Of a DNA stretch of 64,000 nt, positions 10,701-19,386 are shown one piece after another. The translations under genes were made by a program, and so were the position numbers. The stretch spans positions 32,001 to 96,000 of the forward strand of contig JAKFBU010000039.1 in assembly GCA_036676985.1 (NCBI GenBank). The letters are read 5' to 3'. Below the pieces are notes generated by a model. It had not been told where the DNA came from and ran no database searches. It was given only the letters and a program-made list of their open reading frames with translations. Each line of letters starts with the position of its first letter. Position 1 is the stretch's first letter. This DNA comes from Candidatus Sericytochromatia bacterium. Its GTDB lineage: Bacteria > Cyanobacteriota > Sericytochromatia > S15B-MN24 > UBA4093.

Positions 10701-12516
10701 CCACCTCGACCTCGGCCGCTGCGGGCTTGCCGTCGTAGTCCTCGGCCTTGACGGTCGCCTGGCCCTTGGCGCCCGGACGGTAGACGTAGCGATCGGGCTC
10801 GAGGGTGACGGCGTAGTCCCCCTGGGTCACGAGGAAGCCCCCGCGTCCCTTCACGATCTGGCGGCTGGCGTCGACGGCCTCGAGCTCGATGGTGAAGCGC
10901 TGGTCCATCTGGACGTCCTGCCGTACCGGCAGCTCGGCCGGGATCTGGAGGGTCGCATGGCCCGCGTCGTCCGTCACGGCCTCGCCCTGCAGGACCACGT
11001 TCTCGTAGCCCCAGTCGTAGCCGTAGTCGCTGTCGCCGAACCCCGAGAAGAACGTGTCCTCCTCGGTGGCCCAGGGGTAGTAGGAGCGCGAGTAGACGGT
11101 ATAGCGGATCTTGGCACCCGTGGCGGGGGCTCCGAAGTAGTAGTTCGCGGCCACCATGACCTTGGCAGTCTCGCCGCTGGTGTAGCGGGGCTTGTCGGGA
11201 CGTGCCTCCAGCTTGAACTCGGGCTTGCGGTACTCCTCGACCTTGAAGGTCGTGTCGTAGCGCTCGCCGTCGATGAGGGTCACGAGGCGGTAGCCGCCGA
11301 GGGGCGGCTCCTCGGCGAGGACGATGCGGCCGTCGAGCGCCCCCATGTCGTCGAGGCGCAGGGTCTCCTCGCTGACGACGGTGTCCTGCGGGTCCATGAC
11401 CTGCACGGTCACGGGCACGCCACGCACGAGCCGGTTTTCGCCGAAGCGATCGCGCCGCACGATGGCCTTGTAGAAGACCTCCTGGCCCGGCCGGTAGATG
11501 GGCCGGTCCGTGATGAGCTGTACCTCGTAGCTCCGGCTCGAGGAGTAGTAGTAGGACTGGACGTGCGCCGGGGCCTCTCCCTGCTTGCCCAAGAGCATCA
11601 GGGTCTGCGCGGACGCGAAGGGTCGCATGAGCAGGCCGTCGGGGCCCGTGCGATCGCTCCAGCGCACGCCCTGCTCGTCCAGGGCGCGGACCTCGACGTT
11701 GGCGAGGGGCTTTTTGGTCACGAGGTCCACGGCGTAGACGAGGACGCGCTCGGCCGAGCGCTTGGCGACCAGGGAGACGTTGGTGACCTCGAACCAGTAG
11801 GTGTCGCGGTCGGTCGTGGGGATGCCGGGGCGCACGAGGTCGCTGGTGCCCTCGATATCGAGCATGTAGGTGCCCTTGCCCAGCTGCTCCGGGATGTCGA
11901 TGGACCGGTAGAACCAGTCGTCCTCGTCATCCGCGCGCTTCTGGACGGGTTTCTCCCACTCCTTGACGAGCGTGGCCCGGTCGCCCAGGTCCTCGGCCTT
12001 GGCGTCGTTGAGGCTCCGGAAGGTGTTGAAGTTCGTCGCGAGGCGATCCACGTCGATCCGGTAGAGGCGGATCTTGAGGTGGTCGATGAGGGTGCCGCGC
12101 AGGCCGATGCGGAGCTTGTCCTGTGGGGTGAATACGCGCTGGTGCTGCGAGAACGAGAGGCTCGGAGCCCGGGGGCTCAGGGAAAACCGCAGGCCCTCGA
12201 CGGTCTTGTCCTCCTCGACGAGGATGGGCGGGCTGGACCACTGGCTCTCGTAGCCCCGGGCCCGGGCCTGGACGTTGTAGCGGCCGATGGGCAGGCGGTC
12301 CATGCGGAAGGTGCCGTCCTCCTGCGTGAGGGCGGTCCGGGTCATCTGGCCCATGAAGTGCACGCGGGCGTTGGCGAGGGGTTGACCGTCGTTATCGAGG
12401 ACCAGGCCCGTCACCGAGCCGGCGGGCTTTTCGGCGGCGAGGATGCCGGCTCCTGTCAGGCCGCTGAGGGCCAGCAGGAAGACCATGAGCCAGACGACGG
12501 TGCTGCGACGATTCAT
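7777..12516 (-). CDS. Bacterial alpha-2-macroglobulin with N-terminal carboxypeptidase-regulatory-like domain
   Basis: TDRPIYRPGQ (MG2), VEEYRKPEF, LPDNLTTW, thioester YPYGCIEQ, QNADGGWGW, EDPLPAG, MYAPE; signal peptide. Confidence 0.93.
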   Translation of the reverse strand: MNRRSTVVWLMVFLLALSGLTGAGILAAEKPAGSVTGLVLDNDGQPLANARVHFMGQMTRTALTQEDGTFRMDRLPIGRYNVQARARGYESQWSSPPILVEEDKTVEGLRFSLSPRAPSLSFSQHQRVFTPQDKLRIGLRGTLIDHLKIRLYRIDVDRLATNFNTFRSLNDAKAEDLGDRATLVKEWEKPVQKRADDEDDWFYRSIDIPEQLGKGTYMLDIEGTSDLVRPGIPTTDRDTYWFEVTNVSLVAKRSAERVLVYAVDLVTKKPLANVEVRALDEQGVRWSDRTGPDGLLMRPFASAQTLMLLGKQGEAPAHVQSYYYSSSRSYEVQLITDRPIYRPGQEVFYKAIVRRDRFGENRLVRGVPVTVQVMDPQDTVVSEETLRLDDMGALDGRIVLAEEPPLGGYRLVTLIDGERYDTTFKVEEYRKPEFKLEARPDKPRYTSGETAKVMVAANYYFGAPATGAKIRYTVYSRSYYPWATEEDTFFSGFGDSDYGYDWGYENVVLQGEAVTDDAGHATLQIPAELPVRQDVQMDQRFTIELEAVDASRQIVKGRGGFLVTQGDYAVTLEPDRYVYRPGAKGQATVKAEDYDGKPAAAEVEVALQKVDYVSSDEGKTYEQKVTTVSTAKARTDAKGVAAVPFAIPEKGGEFRLMAASIDGHGNRVESLSWLWVADEEWAGDTYRQGLVRLTFDKKYYRIGEEAKVLVQVPNKDVAPLLTVEGQRLFEARVLGTGQTSYLTTVPVRREYRPNAFVAATVVDGKAFHYAEKSLNLDPEEGFLDVKVTPGKARYLPGERASLTVRTTDALGKPVAAEVTLGVVDEAIYALSPDITPDIRQTFHGPRWNQVSTNYSFAEDYSGGPGKDTEEPRIRKNFKDTAAWFPSIRTGPGGVAEVSFDLPDNLTTWIVTARGHTADTKVGDVRAQFLATKDLLVRLATPRFAVVGDRFALAAIVHNYTDREQSVRLQLTATNLKVEDGGEKTLTIPQNGSRRLDYWVEPQLAATASVLAKALGTGASDALELSFPVLAHGSPERVAFTGSATEAGPAESRVTVPREAIAETVRMDLSFAPTPAAAMLTALDYLRRYPYGCIEQTTSRFVPEIRAYRTVNELGIEAPAFVASMPELVKDGLQRITRMQNADGGWGWFSQDESEIELTAYALYGLAETRRAGFDVDARVGDRAAAFLATQGKVLGLDEVRRTEVVRGAGPDRLASVVWALEEWKGASLALKDKLYANRRHLSNYGLSLATLALSDDARGRELWTELKRRASRSGTQVWWESRAEEYSWYDLDTEATAYALRAGLRLEPNAPEVQGAVRWLLAVRQGDRWITTKDTGAIVMALAEATGRFAETGIPASAEVQVDGQSAQSVSFEGNARWTGGTAAIGGDRLPAGGHTVTVRSQGPGDLPFSGLLSYVFGQEDIPAKASEQLSLKREYYLLDPKAFAESEKEGSAGGRRFDEKTLAKLARIQGSVKSQDRVLVRLTVEARDALRYMLLEDPLPAGAEILDEKSGGWWSSQMVRDERMVFFQNQLATGSTSFYYVMRPQIPGRFHVLPPVIEGMYAPEVRARGAETRLEIRE

Positions 12517-13196
12517 AGCTGTTTCTCGCTCTCGGGACCAAACACGACGGTGGCGAATCGGTACATCAGGGCGGGCTCGCGGGGCTTGAGGCCCGCCTTC
12601 TTGCGGCACTCGGCCACCTGGTATCGGGCGGTCCTGGCCTCACCGGGCAGGAGCACTCCGCCCCGTCCGCGAGCCGTGACGAACAGCCCATCTCTCAGGG
12701 GGGAGATCTCGGCGGCACTCGCGACGGGCACCATGGGGCCGACCAGGGACACGTAGAAGCGGAGCGCGGGCCACTCGCTGCGGGCGATGGGCTGGTGTCG
12801 GTAGTCGTAGCGCAGGGCCTTGACGGAGGCGACGGCGATCTCCTCGGCGAGGGTGGCGCGCTGCGGATGCACGGTCCCCCAGCACCCGCGCGTCTTGCCG
12901 TCCCGGGTGATGGTGACGAAGACGCCGCCGGGGACGGTAAGCCTGCGATCGCGCACCTTCAAGGACTTTTCGGGCCGCCGTCCCTCGAAGAGGTAGTCAT
13001 GGGCGGCCTCCGTGGCGATGGCATGCGCCTCTCGCGCGAGGGCCGTGTCATGCCGGTAGTCCTGAAGTGGAAGTGCCTCGGCAGGGCGCAGGAAAAGGAG
13101 CAAGGCGACCTGAAGGCAGATCCCCCATGCCTTGAGACCCCCAACAATCCCGTTCACCCTGAGGCGCTCGAAGGGCGAACGGTTCCTCCAGTGCAT
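12513..13196 (-). CDS. AMMECR1-domain protein (start uncertain, within or just after a repeat)
   Basis: GVFVTI...RGCWG, DGLFV...GVLLP, KKAG motifs; hydrophobic signal-like segment upstream. Confidence 0.8.
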   Translation of the reverse strand: MHWRNRSPFERLRVNGIVGGLKAWGICLQVALLLFLRPAEALPLQDYRHDTALAREAHAIATEAAHDYLFEGRRPEKSLKVRDRRLTVPGGVFVTITRDGKTRGCWGTVHPQRATLAEEIAVASVKALRYDYRHQPIARSEWPALRFYVSLVGPMVPVASAAEISPLRDGLFVTARGRGGVLLPGEARTARYQVAECRKKAGLKPREPALMYRFATVVFGPESEKQL

Positions 13197-13290
13197 GACG
13201 ACTCGGAGGGCATGGATGGTGACAGCCCCCCACAACAACCCCCGTTCGTCTTGAGCCCGGTCGAAAGGCGAACGGTTCCTCCAGTGCATG
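13142..13290. repeat. Two copies of a ~58 bp hairpin repeat (TTCGAC..GCTCA family)
   Basis: caacaa..ccgttc....tgag....tcgaa.ggcgaacggttcctccagtgcatg at 13142 and 13233; ccgttc/gaacgg stem. Confidence 0.8.
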
Positions 13291-13321
13291 TCCCGCACGG
13301 GGGCATTAATCAGCACCATGC

Positions 13322-14362
13322 CTAGCCCCTCCTCACGACCGCACCCGGGTAATACGCCGCGAGGATCCGCCGGTATCCCCACCCCTGCTCGGCCCGCCCC
13401 TTCGCACCCCACTGGCACAGGCCCACCCCGTGCCCCAGGCCGCGCCCGACAAACACGAAAACCTCCCCGTCCCGCCGCACCTCGAAGTTGAGGCTCTTGA
13501 GCGCCCCCCACCCGATCCTCCGCCCCAGCGCCTGCCAGAAGCGGTACCCCGACATCCGCTCGCCGTCCACCGTCACGGCCCCGACCCAGCCACCGGCGCT
13601 GCGATCGCTGACCCGCACCTCGGTCACGACCGATCGCTCCAGGGCCGACGCCACCTCATCCGTCCGCACCCGCACCGACCACGGACCCGCGTGGGGGGAC
13701 ACGGCACAAAACGCATCCCGGCCCTCCTGCAGGTAGGCCACGGCCTCTCCGCCGAAGGCCACCTGGTTGCTCGCGAGCGTCCCGCCGCACGTCGAGTGAT
13801 ACAGCGGCTGCGCGGCAACTCCACCGAACGTCAGGATCTGCCCCCGCGTCCCCTCGACCGCCCGAGCGCAAGACTCGGAGCCAAGCCCCGCATACGCCTG
13901 GCAATGCGTCAGGTCGCAGAGCATCCGGCCCGGATGATCCCCACCCCGCACGGCGAGCGTCCGCGCGAGCACGGCCTGGGCCTTGAGGGCCTCGACCGGC
14001 CAGTTACCCGCAAGCTCCGCTCCCACTACCCCTGCGACGTACGCTTCGAGCGGAGCCACGTTCACGAGCACCAGCCGCCCACCCTCGGCACGGGCGAACA
14101 AGCGTCCCGGATAGCGCCGCACGGTCCCCTCCAGCCGGATTCCGAAGCCCTCGCGCCCGAGAGTGACGCTTTCCTGCGGACGCCCATCGACGCGCAGGCG
14201 CCGCCCCACGGCCTCGAGCCGCACGGGCTGCGGCGCGAGCACGACCGCCTCGGCGAGCCCCCGACGCTCGAGGATCCGCACCTCCACGCGGTCGTTCCCG
14301 CGTGCCTGGGCAGCACCCGCCAGGGCGCAGAGTAGAAATGCGACGAGCCACCAGGCCCTCAT
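13322..14362 (-). CDS. SpoIID/LytB-domain protein (lytic transglycosylase-like)
   Basis: LEAYVAGVVGAE, EALKAQAVLART, CQAY, YHSTCGG, GHGVGLCQWGA, ILAAYYPG. Confidence 0.92.
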   Translation of the reverse strand: MRAWWLVAFLLCALAGAAQARGNDRVEVRILERRGLAEAVVLAPQPVRLEAVGRRLRVDGRPQESVTLGREGFGIRLEGTVRRYPGRLFARAEGGRLVLVNVAPLEAYVAGVVGAELAGNWPVEALKAQAVLARTLAVRGGDHPGRMLCDLTHCQAYAGLGSESCARAVEGTRGQILTFGGVAAQPLYHSTCGGTLASNQVAFGGEAVAYLQEGRDAFCAVSPHAGPWSVRVRTDEVASALERSVVTEVRVSDRSAGGWVGAVTVDGERMSGYRFWQALGRRIGWGALKSLNFEVRRDGEVFVFVGRGLGHGVGLCQWGAKGRAEQGWGYRRILAAYYPGAVVRRG

Positions 14363-15255
14363 GGCTGCCATGCCTCGAAGACGCGACGGGCCACGGGGGC
14401 CGCATCCGCATAACCCGTGCCGTCTTTGACGAACGCCACCACCGCGAGCCCCGGCGCGTAGCCCGCGAACCACCCGTGGCGGCGGTGCTTCGCATCGAGC
14501 TGGGTGGCGGTCCCCGTCTTTCCGAAGAGCGCGAGCGCCGGCACGTCGGCCTCTCGGGCGCTGCCCGACAGCACCGCCCGACGCATGCCCGCCTGGACGG
14601 GCCCGATTGCCCGCGCCTCAGCGATCCGTCCGAGCACGCGAGCCGGGCCCGGGGCCACGTGCGGACGAAGGCGAACACCACCGTTGGCCAGAGCACCCGT
14701 GAAGCACGCGACCTGCAATGGCGTGGCCAGTAGCGCGGGCGTATCCCCGTAGGCCAGATCCTCGAGCTGGTCGCGGGTGCGCGGCGGCCTCAAGCTGCCA
14801 GCGCCCTCGCCAACTAGACCGCTCTCGGTCGACTGCCCGAAACCCGCCGTGCGAAAGGCCTGGGTCAGGCGCTCCGGCCCCAGGTCCAGACCCACCCGGA
14901 AGAAGTAGAGCGAGCAGGACTGGGCGATCGCCTCTTCTAGCCCCACCCGACCGTGCACGTGCCAGCACGTCCGACCATGCCCGCGTCCCCGGCAGGTATG
15001 GACCCGCGAGCCGTCCGCCACGCCCGACGAGACGCCCGCCATGGCCGTGACCAGCTTGGCCAGGGAGCCCACGGGGAAGGCGGTCCCCACGGCCGTCTGC
15101 GGGTTGACGAGGGCGAGGAGGCGGCCGTCACGGGGGTCGAGCGCCACCACGCAGCCCGGACGGGTGCCGAGCGCCTTGGTCGCGACCTGTTGCAACGGCA
15201 GGGAGGCGGTCGAGACCGCGCCCGCCATCGCCACCGCCCCGAGCACGGACATCAT
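14359..15255 (-). CDS. Penicillin-binding protein, transpeptidase domain only
   Basis: GSLAK (SxxK), SCS at the SxN position, GKTGTA, HGWFAGYAP; start overlaps the upstream stop. Confidence 0.85.
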   Translation of the reverse strand: MMSVLGAVAMAGAVSTASLPLQQVATKALGTRPGCVVALDPRDGRLLALVNPQTAVGTAFPVGSLAKLVTAMAGVSSGVADGSRVHTCRGRGHGRTCWHVHGRVGLEEAIAQSCSLYFFRVGLDLGPERLTQAFRTAGFGQSTESGLVGEGAGSLRPPRTRDQLEDLAYGDTPALLATPLQVACFTGALANGGVRLRPHVAPGPARVLGRIAEARAIGPVQAGMRRAVLSGSAREADVPALALFGKTGTATQLDAKHRRHGWFAGYAPGLAVVAFVKDGTGYADAAPVARRVFEAWQP

Positions 15256-16703
15256 GCGGCCGCTTCCGTCGGCGAACGCCGGAGGAGGACCACCAGGTAC
15301 ACGGTCATCAGGGCCAGGATGATCAGGAAGACCGCCAGGCGTTCCATCCGCGGGGCGTTCATCACCGTAATCATCCACTTGGCGCCGATCAAGGAGGCTG
15401 CCGAGGCGGCGATGACGAGCGGCGGCATCAGCGCATGGAAGCGGAACCGAGAGATCTGGGCCTCGCCCAGGAGCCCTAGCACGAAGGTGACCATGAGGAG
15501 CCCGGCGATGTAGGCCGCGACCGGGTCCACATGGATGAAGTAACCCATGAGCCAGGGCAGGCACAGGGCGAACAGCGCCTCGATCCCGAGCAGGACGGCC
15601 TTGGGGGCGTACGCCTGGCGCACGGTGACGAGCGCATAGGGGATGAACAGGGCCGCGAGCAGCCCGAACGAGGTGTAGACGTGGGTGAGATCGGCTCCGT
15701 ACTGGCGCAAGTAGGTGCGATCCAGGAAGACCTGGAGGAGGGCCCGGCCCGCGAAGGCCGCCATGACGAGCCCCCCGAGCGCCATGGCCCGCTGCCCCGC
15801 AAGGACCATGGGCATGAGGCCGAGCCCCGCGAGCGTCACTCCGAACATCCCGTACAGCCGGTTCGCCAGGAGCAGGGTGCCGCCCGCCACGAGCACGAGC
15901 ACCAGGGTCGGCAGCGGGCCCGCGTTCTCGATGCGCTCGGAGAGGAGGACGTAGCCCGCGAGCAGCATGGCGAGCAAGAGGCCGAGCAGGCCCGGAACTA
16001 CGAGGCCCGGCATCAGGCGCACGATCCAGGAGCCGAGCGGCACGGCCACGGCGGCGGTCAGGACGGCCCCCGCGAAGGGCGCCCCCACGCGCGGCAGGAA
16101 GCTCGTGAGGTAGGAGAACGCGAGCGACAGGGCGCCGAAGCAGAGGGCCCAGGCGGATCCCAGGTTGCCCGCGGGGAGGGCGCGATCGCCCCAGATCAAG
16201 GCGGCGCCCAGGACGCCGACTACGGCCAACGAGGCGCTGAACCCGCCCGAGCGCGGGTGATCGAAGAGTGCCAGCGGCAGCGCCACGGCCGACAGCCCGA
16301 TCAGGAAAGCGCATACGGCGTAAGAGAGGAGCACCGGGTCCGGGATGAAGACGTTCGCGGCCACCAGGAAGGCCAGGCCGAGCCCCGCCCGACCGAGCGC
16401 ATCGCGTGCCGGCTCGTCCCGCCACGTCAGGATGCTCGGGCCCATTCCGAGGACGAGGCCGAGCCAGCCGCCCACGAGGATGCCCCCCGCCGTGAGGGCC
16501 CCCTTGTCCGGGCTCGGGGAGACGAGGTAGCCAACGAGGGCCAGGACGAGGAGGATGGCGCCCGAGACGCCCTTGAGCGAGCCCCCGGGCTCCTCGGTGC
16601 CTGCCGTGAGGCGCCAGTTGCGCACCATGGCGGCGATGAAGGGGAGGAGGGCTCCGGCGATCGCCACCAGCCACAGCAAAGAAGGTAGGTCTCGGGTGGG
16701 CAT
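15252..16703 (-). CDS. Polytopic membrane protein of unknown function
   Basis: 483 aa, almost entirely hydrophobic helices; first gene of the coupled operon; RBS GAGGA. Confidence 0.75.
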   Translation of the reverse strand: MPTRDLPSLLWLVAIAGALLPFIAAMVRNWRLTAGTEEPGGSLKGVSGAILLVLALVGYLVSPSPDKGALTAGGILVGGWLGLVLGMGPSILTWRDEPARDALGRAGLGLAFLVAANVFIPDPVLLSYAVCAFLIGLSAVALPLALFDHPRSGGFSASLAVVGVLGAALIWGDRALPAGNLGSAWALCFGALSLAFSYLTSFLPRVGAPFAGAVLTAAVAVPLGSWIVRLMPGLVVPGLLGLLLAMLLAGYVLLSERIENAGPLPTLVLVLVAGGTLLLANRLYGMFGVTLAGLGLMPMVLAGQRAMALGGLVMAAFAGRALLQVFLDRTYLRQYGADLTHVYTSFGLLAALFIPYALVTVRQAYAPKAVLLGIEALFALCLPWLMGYFIHVDPVAAYIAGLLMVTFVLGLLGEAQISRFRFHALMPPLVIAASAASLIGAKWMITVMNAPRMERLAVFLIILALMTVYLVVLLRRSPTEAAA

Positions 16704-16802
16704 GCGTTTTCCTCTCGGTTGTACAAGGCTCGCTTGATTTTAAACGTCCCCGTACCGTCGGGCAATCACGAGACGAAGGCCCCCTTGGCAGGGTTCCATG
16801 CG

Positions 16803-16830
16803 AAAACGCCGCCGGGCGAACCCGGCGGCG
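16803..16830 (-). terminator. Rho-independent terminator
   Basis: cgccgccggg-cgaa-cccggcggcg hairpin with TTTT on the minus strand, downstream of 16849. Confidence 0.65.
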
Positions 16831-16848
16831 CTCTTCTGGTGCTCGATC

Positions 16849-17829
16849 CTAGTGCCCCTTGGTCATCAGGTCGATGACCCCGTCCACGCCCATGCCGCGG
16901 AAGCGGCGGATCTCCGCCTCGACGTCCTTGGGGTTGAAGCTCGAGGTGTCGTTCCAGATGGCCACCTTGCCGTACGGCTTCAGCTTCTCGACCACCTCGG
17001 GCGTCACGAACTCCGCCCGCAAGGGGAACATGACCGGCTCGCCGGCCAACTTGGCCATCTTGATCAGCTTGTCGAGCTGCGAGTCCGAGTACGCCGTCCC
17101 CGGCGGCTGCGGACGGGTCGACAGGGACAGGTTGATGATGGCCTCGGGATGGGCCGCGCGCAGCTTCTTGAGGTCGCCCTCGTGCACCCAGGGGTCCAGG
17201 GCCGAATCGAAGAGCTCGTTGGCGATCCCACCGAGACCGCCCGGGCCCCAGCCCACGCCCACGTTGAGGATCAGCCGCTCGTCGGGCACCTGGTTCTTGG
17301 CCAGGACCTCGAGCACTTCGTCTACGGCCGTGGCCTGCTTGATGTCGAGCTTCAGGCCCCGACCCGAGCGCATGCCCACCTTCACCCACTCATCGAGGGT
17401 CATGCCGCCGATGTCCGTGGGGTCATGGGCCATGATGGCCTGGCGATCGCCAATGGCAGGCAGGGCTCGCAGGCCGCCTTCGAGGCGGACGTCGCCCTCG
17501 AGCCAGTCATGCTCCCCGCGCAGGGCCGCGGCCATCTCGTCGGGCGTGTTGGTGTAGTGCGCGTTGCGGGCAGCCCCGATCGACTTGTCGCCCGTCCAGG
17601 CGAGGTCGGGCCGCGCGTCGGCCAGCGCGTTCAGCTCGTTTAGCTTGGCCTTGCTCAGGTTGGGATGGTCGTAGAAGTCCTTGATGTTGTCGACGTAGTG
17701 GTCGAGCTTGTCGACGACGCCCTCGACCGCATCGACGCCCTTGTCCACGATGGGCAGGTCGCGCGCCTTGTCCACCGCCGCGCTGAACAACTTCTTGGCC
17801 CCGTCAAGGGGATTGGGGATCCCGAACAC
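16849..17829 (-). CDS. FAM151/menorin-like (DUF2181) phosphodiesterase-fold protein
   Basis: AHYTN...WLEGDV...IMAHDP...TLDEWV...GLKLDIK follows the DUF2181 pattern; GTG start with GGAGG RBS. Confidence 0.7.
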   Translation of the reverse strand: MFGIPNPLDGAKKLFSAAVDKARDLPIVDKGVDAVEGVVDKLDHYVDNIKDFYDHPNLSKAKLNELNALADARPDLAWTGDKSIGAARNAHYTNTPDEMAAALRGEHDWLEGDVRLEGGLRALPAIGDRQAIMAHDPTDIGGMTLDEWVKVGMRSGRGLKLDIKQATAVDEVLEVLAKNQVPDERLILNVGVGWGPGGLGGIANELFDSALDPWVHEGDLKKLRAAHPEAIINLSLSTRPQPPGTAYSDSQLDKLIKMAKLAGEPVMFPLRAEFVTPEVVEKLKPYGKVAIWNDTSSFNPKDVEAEIRRFRGMGVDGVIDLMTKGH

Positions 17830-17879
17830 GTTGCACCTCCGTCCGCTCGCTGGGGTTCTTATACCCGGACGGAACGCAA

Positions 17880-19358
17880 TCAGCGCGTCAGGATCTTGGC
17901 CTCGAAGGGCTTCAGGTTGAGGGTGAGGCGACCTTTCCGGACGATCGCCGTATCAGAGGCCAACCGGTTGGCAAGCTTGGTGCCCTCGGTAAGGCGGCTG
18001 CCCTTGCGCATGGCAAGGTCGCGGGTGAGGGGGCGATCGCTCGCGTTAACCACCACGAGCACCTCGTCGCCGTCCAGGTGGCGCGCGAAGGCGTAGACCT
18101 GATCGTCCGCGAAGAGCTCGGTCTGGGTGCCGCGGCGCAGGGGCATGAGCTCCTTGCGCAAGGCGATGAGCCTCTGGGTATAGGCGAGCATCTCGGGGTT
18201 GGTGCCCCAGGCCATGTCGCGCCGGCTGTCGGGGTCCTTGCCGCCCGGCATGGCGACCTCGGTGCCGTAGTAGAGGGTCGGGATGCCCCGCAGGCCCATG
18301 AGGAAAGCCAGCGCGAGCCGCAGGCGCCGCTCGTCGCCGCCCGCCTCGGTGATGAAGCGGACCTCGTCGTGGCTGTCGATGAAGGGCGCGAGCATTCCGG
18401 CATCGGGATACAGCGCGTCGAGCTTCAGGGTCTCTGAGAGGAGCTTGGCGGACTTGCCCCGGGCGAAGACGTCCCGCATGGTCCCGAACAGCTGGAAGTC
18501 AAAAAGGCTGTCGAGCCCGCCCTCGGTCATGTAGGGCGGCAGCTTGCGGGCGTCGTGGTAAGAGACCTCGCCCACCAGAAAGAAGGGCTTTCCCGCCCGC
18601 TCGTGGATGGCCTTGCTGAAGCGGTTCCAGAAGGCGAGCGGCACGTGCCGGACGGTGTCGAGGCGGAAGCCGTCCAGGTCAGCGCGCGGGATCCAGGCTG
18701 CCCACTCGTCCTCCATGTACTTGGCAACCTCGACGTTCTCCGTGTTGAAGTCGGGCAGCCCCGCCACGTCGAAGTTCTCGTTCTGATAGGGGTCGTCCCA
18801 GTCCGTGATGGCGCCGTTCTTATGGAACCAGCGCTCGTAGCGGGGATCCTTGACCATGGGCGCGTCGTAGCCCGGGTGGTTCACGACGGCGTCCAGCACC
18901 ACCTTCATGCCGCGCTCGTGGGCCGACTGGACCACCTGGCGGAACAGTTGCTCGTCGCCGAAGTGCTCGTCCACCTTCGCGATGTTCTGGATCCAGTAGC
19001 CGTGATAACCCCAGTACTTTCCGACCAGCGGGTTGTCCTGGTTGTCGCTGATGGGCGTGAACCAGAGAGCCGTCACGCCCAGCTGCTGCAGATAGTCCAG
19101 CTTCTGGAGGACGCCCGCGAGATCACCGCCGTGATAGGCGAAAGGGTCCTGGGGATTGGCGTTGCGATCGTTCGAGTGGTCGCCATTGTAGAAGCGATCT
19201 GGCAAAATAAGGTAGAGGATCTCGTCGCGCCACGATTGGAGGCCGTTTCCAGCCCGCGGCGCGGCGGCCTGAGCCGGTTCCCGGCCCTGCAGGGCGCCGG
19301 TGACCAGCGTGATTCCGAGCGCGAGGCCCAGGCTCCTGCGCGCGATGCGACGTCTCAT
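17880..19358 (-). CDS. Secreted GH13 alpha-amylase-family glycosidase
   Basis: DRFYNGD, GGDLAG, YHGYW, DAVVNH, DGFRLDT, GEV, DSHD, GIPTLYYG; signal peptide. Confidence 0.92.
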   Translation of the reverse strand: MRRRIARRSLGLALGITLVTGALQGREPAQAAAPRAGNGLQSWRDEILYLILPDRFYNGDHSNDRNANPQDPFAYHGGDLAGVLQKLDYLQQLGVTALWFTPISDNQDNPLVGKYWGYHGYWIQNIAKVDEHFGDEQLFRQVVQSAHERGMKVVLDAVVNHPGYDAPMVKDPRYERWFHKNGAITDWDDPYQNENFDVAGLPDFNTENVEVAKYMEDEWAAWIPRADLDGFRLDTVRHVPLAFWNRFSKAIHERAGKPFFLVGEVSYHDARKLPPYMTEGGLDSLFDFQLFGTMRDVFARGKSAKLLSETLKLDALYPDAGMLAPFIDSHDEVRFITEAGGDERRLRLALAFLMGLRGIPTLYYGTEVAMPGGKDPDSRRDMAWGTNPEMLAYTQRLIALRKELMPLRRGTQTELFADDQVYAFARHLDGDEVLVVVNASDRPLTRDLAMRKGSRLTEGTKLANRLASDTAIVRKGRLTLNLKPFEAKILTR

Positions 19359-19386
19359 ACACTCTTCCTTTCGAGCGAGGAACGGC

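Noticed and set aside
8332-12756. 1474 aa plus-strand ORF and similar long ORFs (63-1886, 5250-7121, 32616-34028, 54379-55848)
   Set aside because: Antisense shadows of well-supported genes; long stop-free frames are expected at high GC and these show no family motifs.
13142-13290. Possible mini CRISPR array
   Set aside because: Only two imperfect ~58 bp units, a dispersed third copy and no cas genes.
14359-16674. Apparent long N-terminal extensions in the ORF track (also 37432-39657, 50685-52328, 61221-62687)
   Set aside because: The extensions are out-of-frame overlaps of upstream genes; real starts are the coupled codons at 15255, 38199, 51863 and 61722. There is no evidence of fusion or programmed frameshift.
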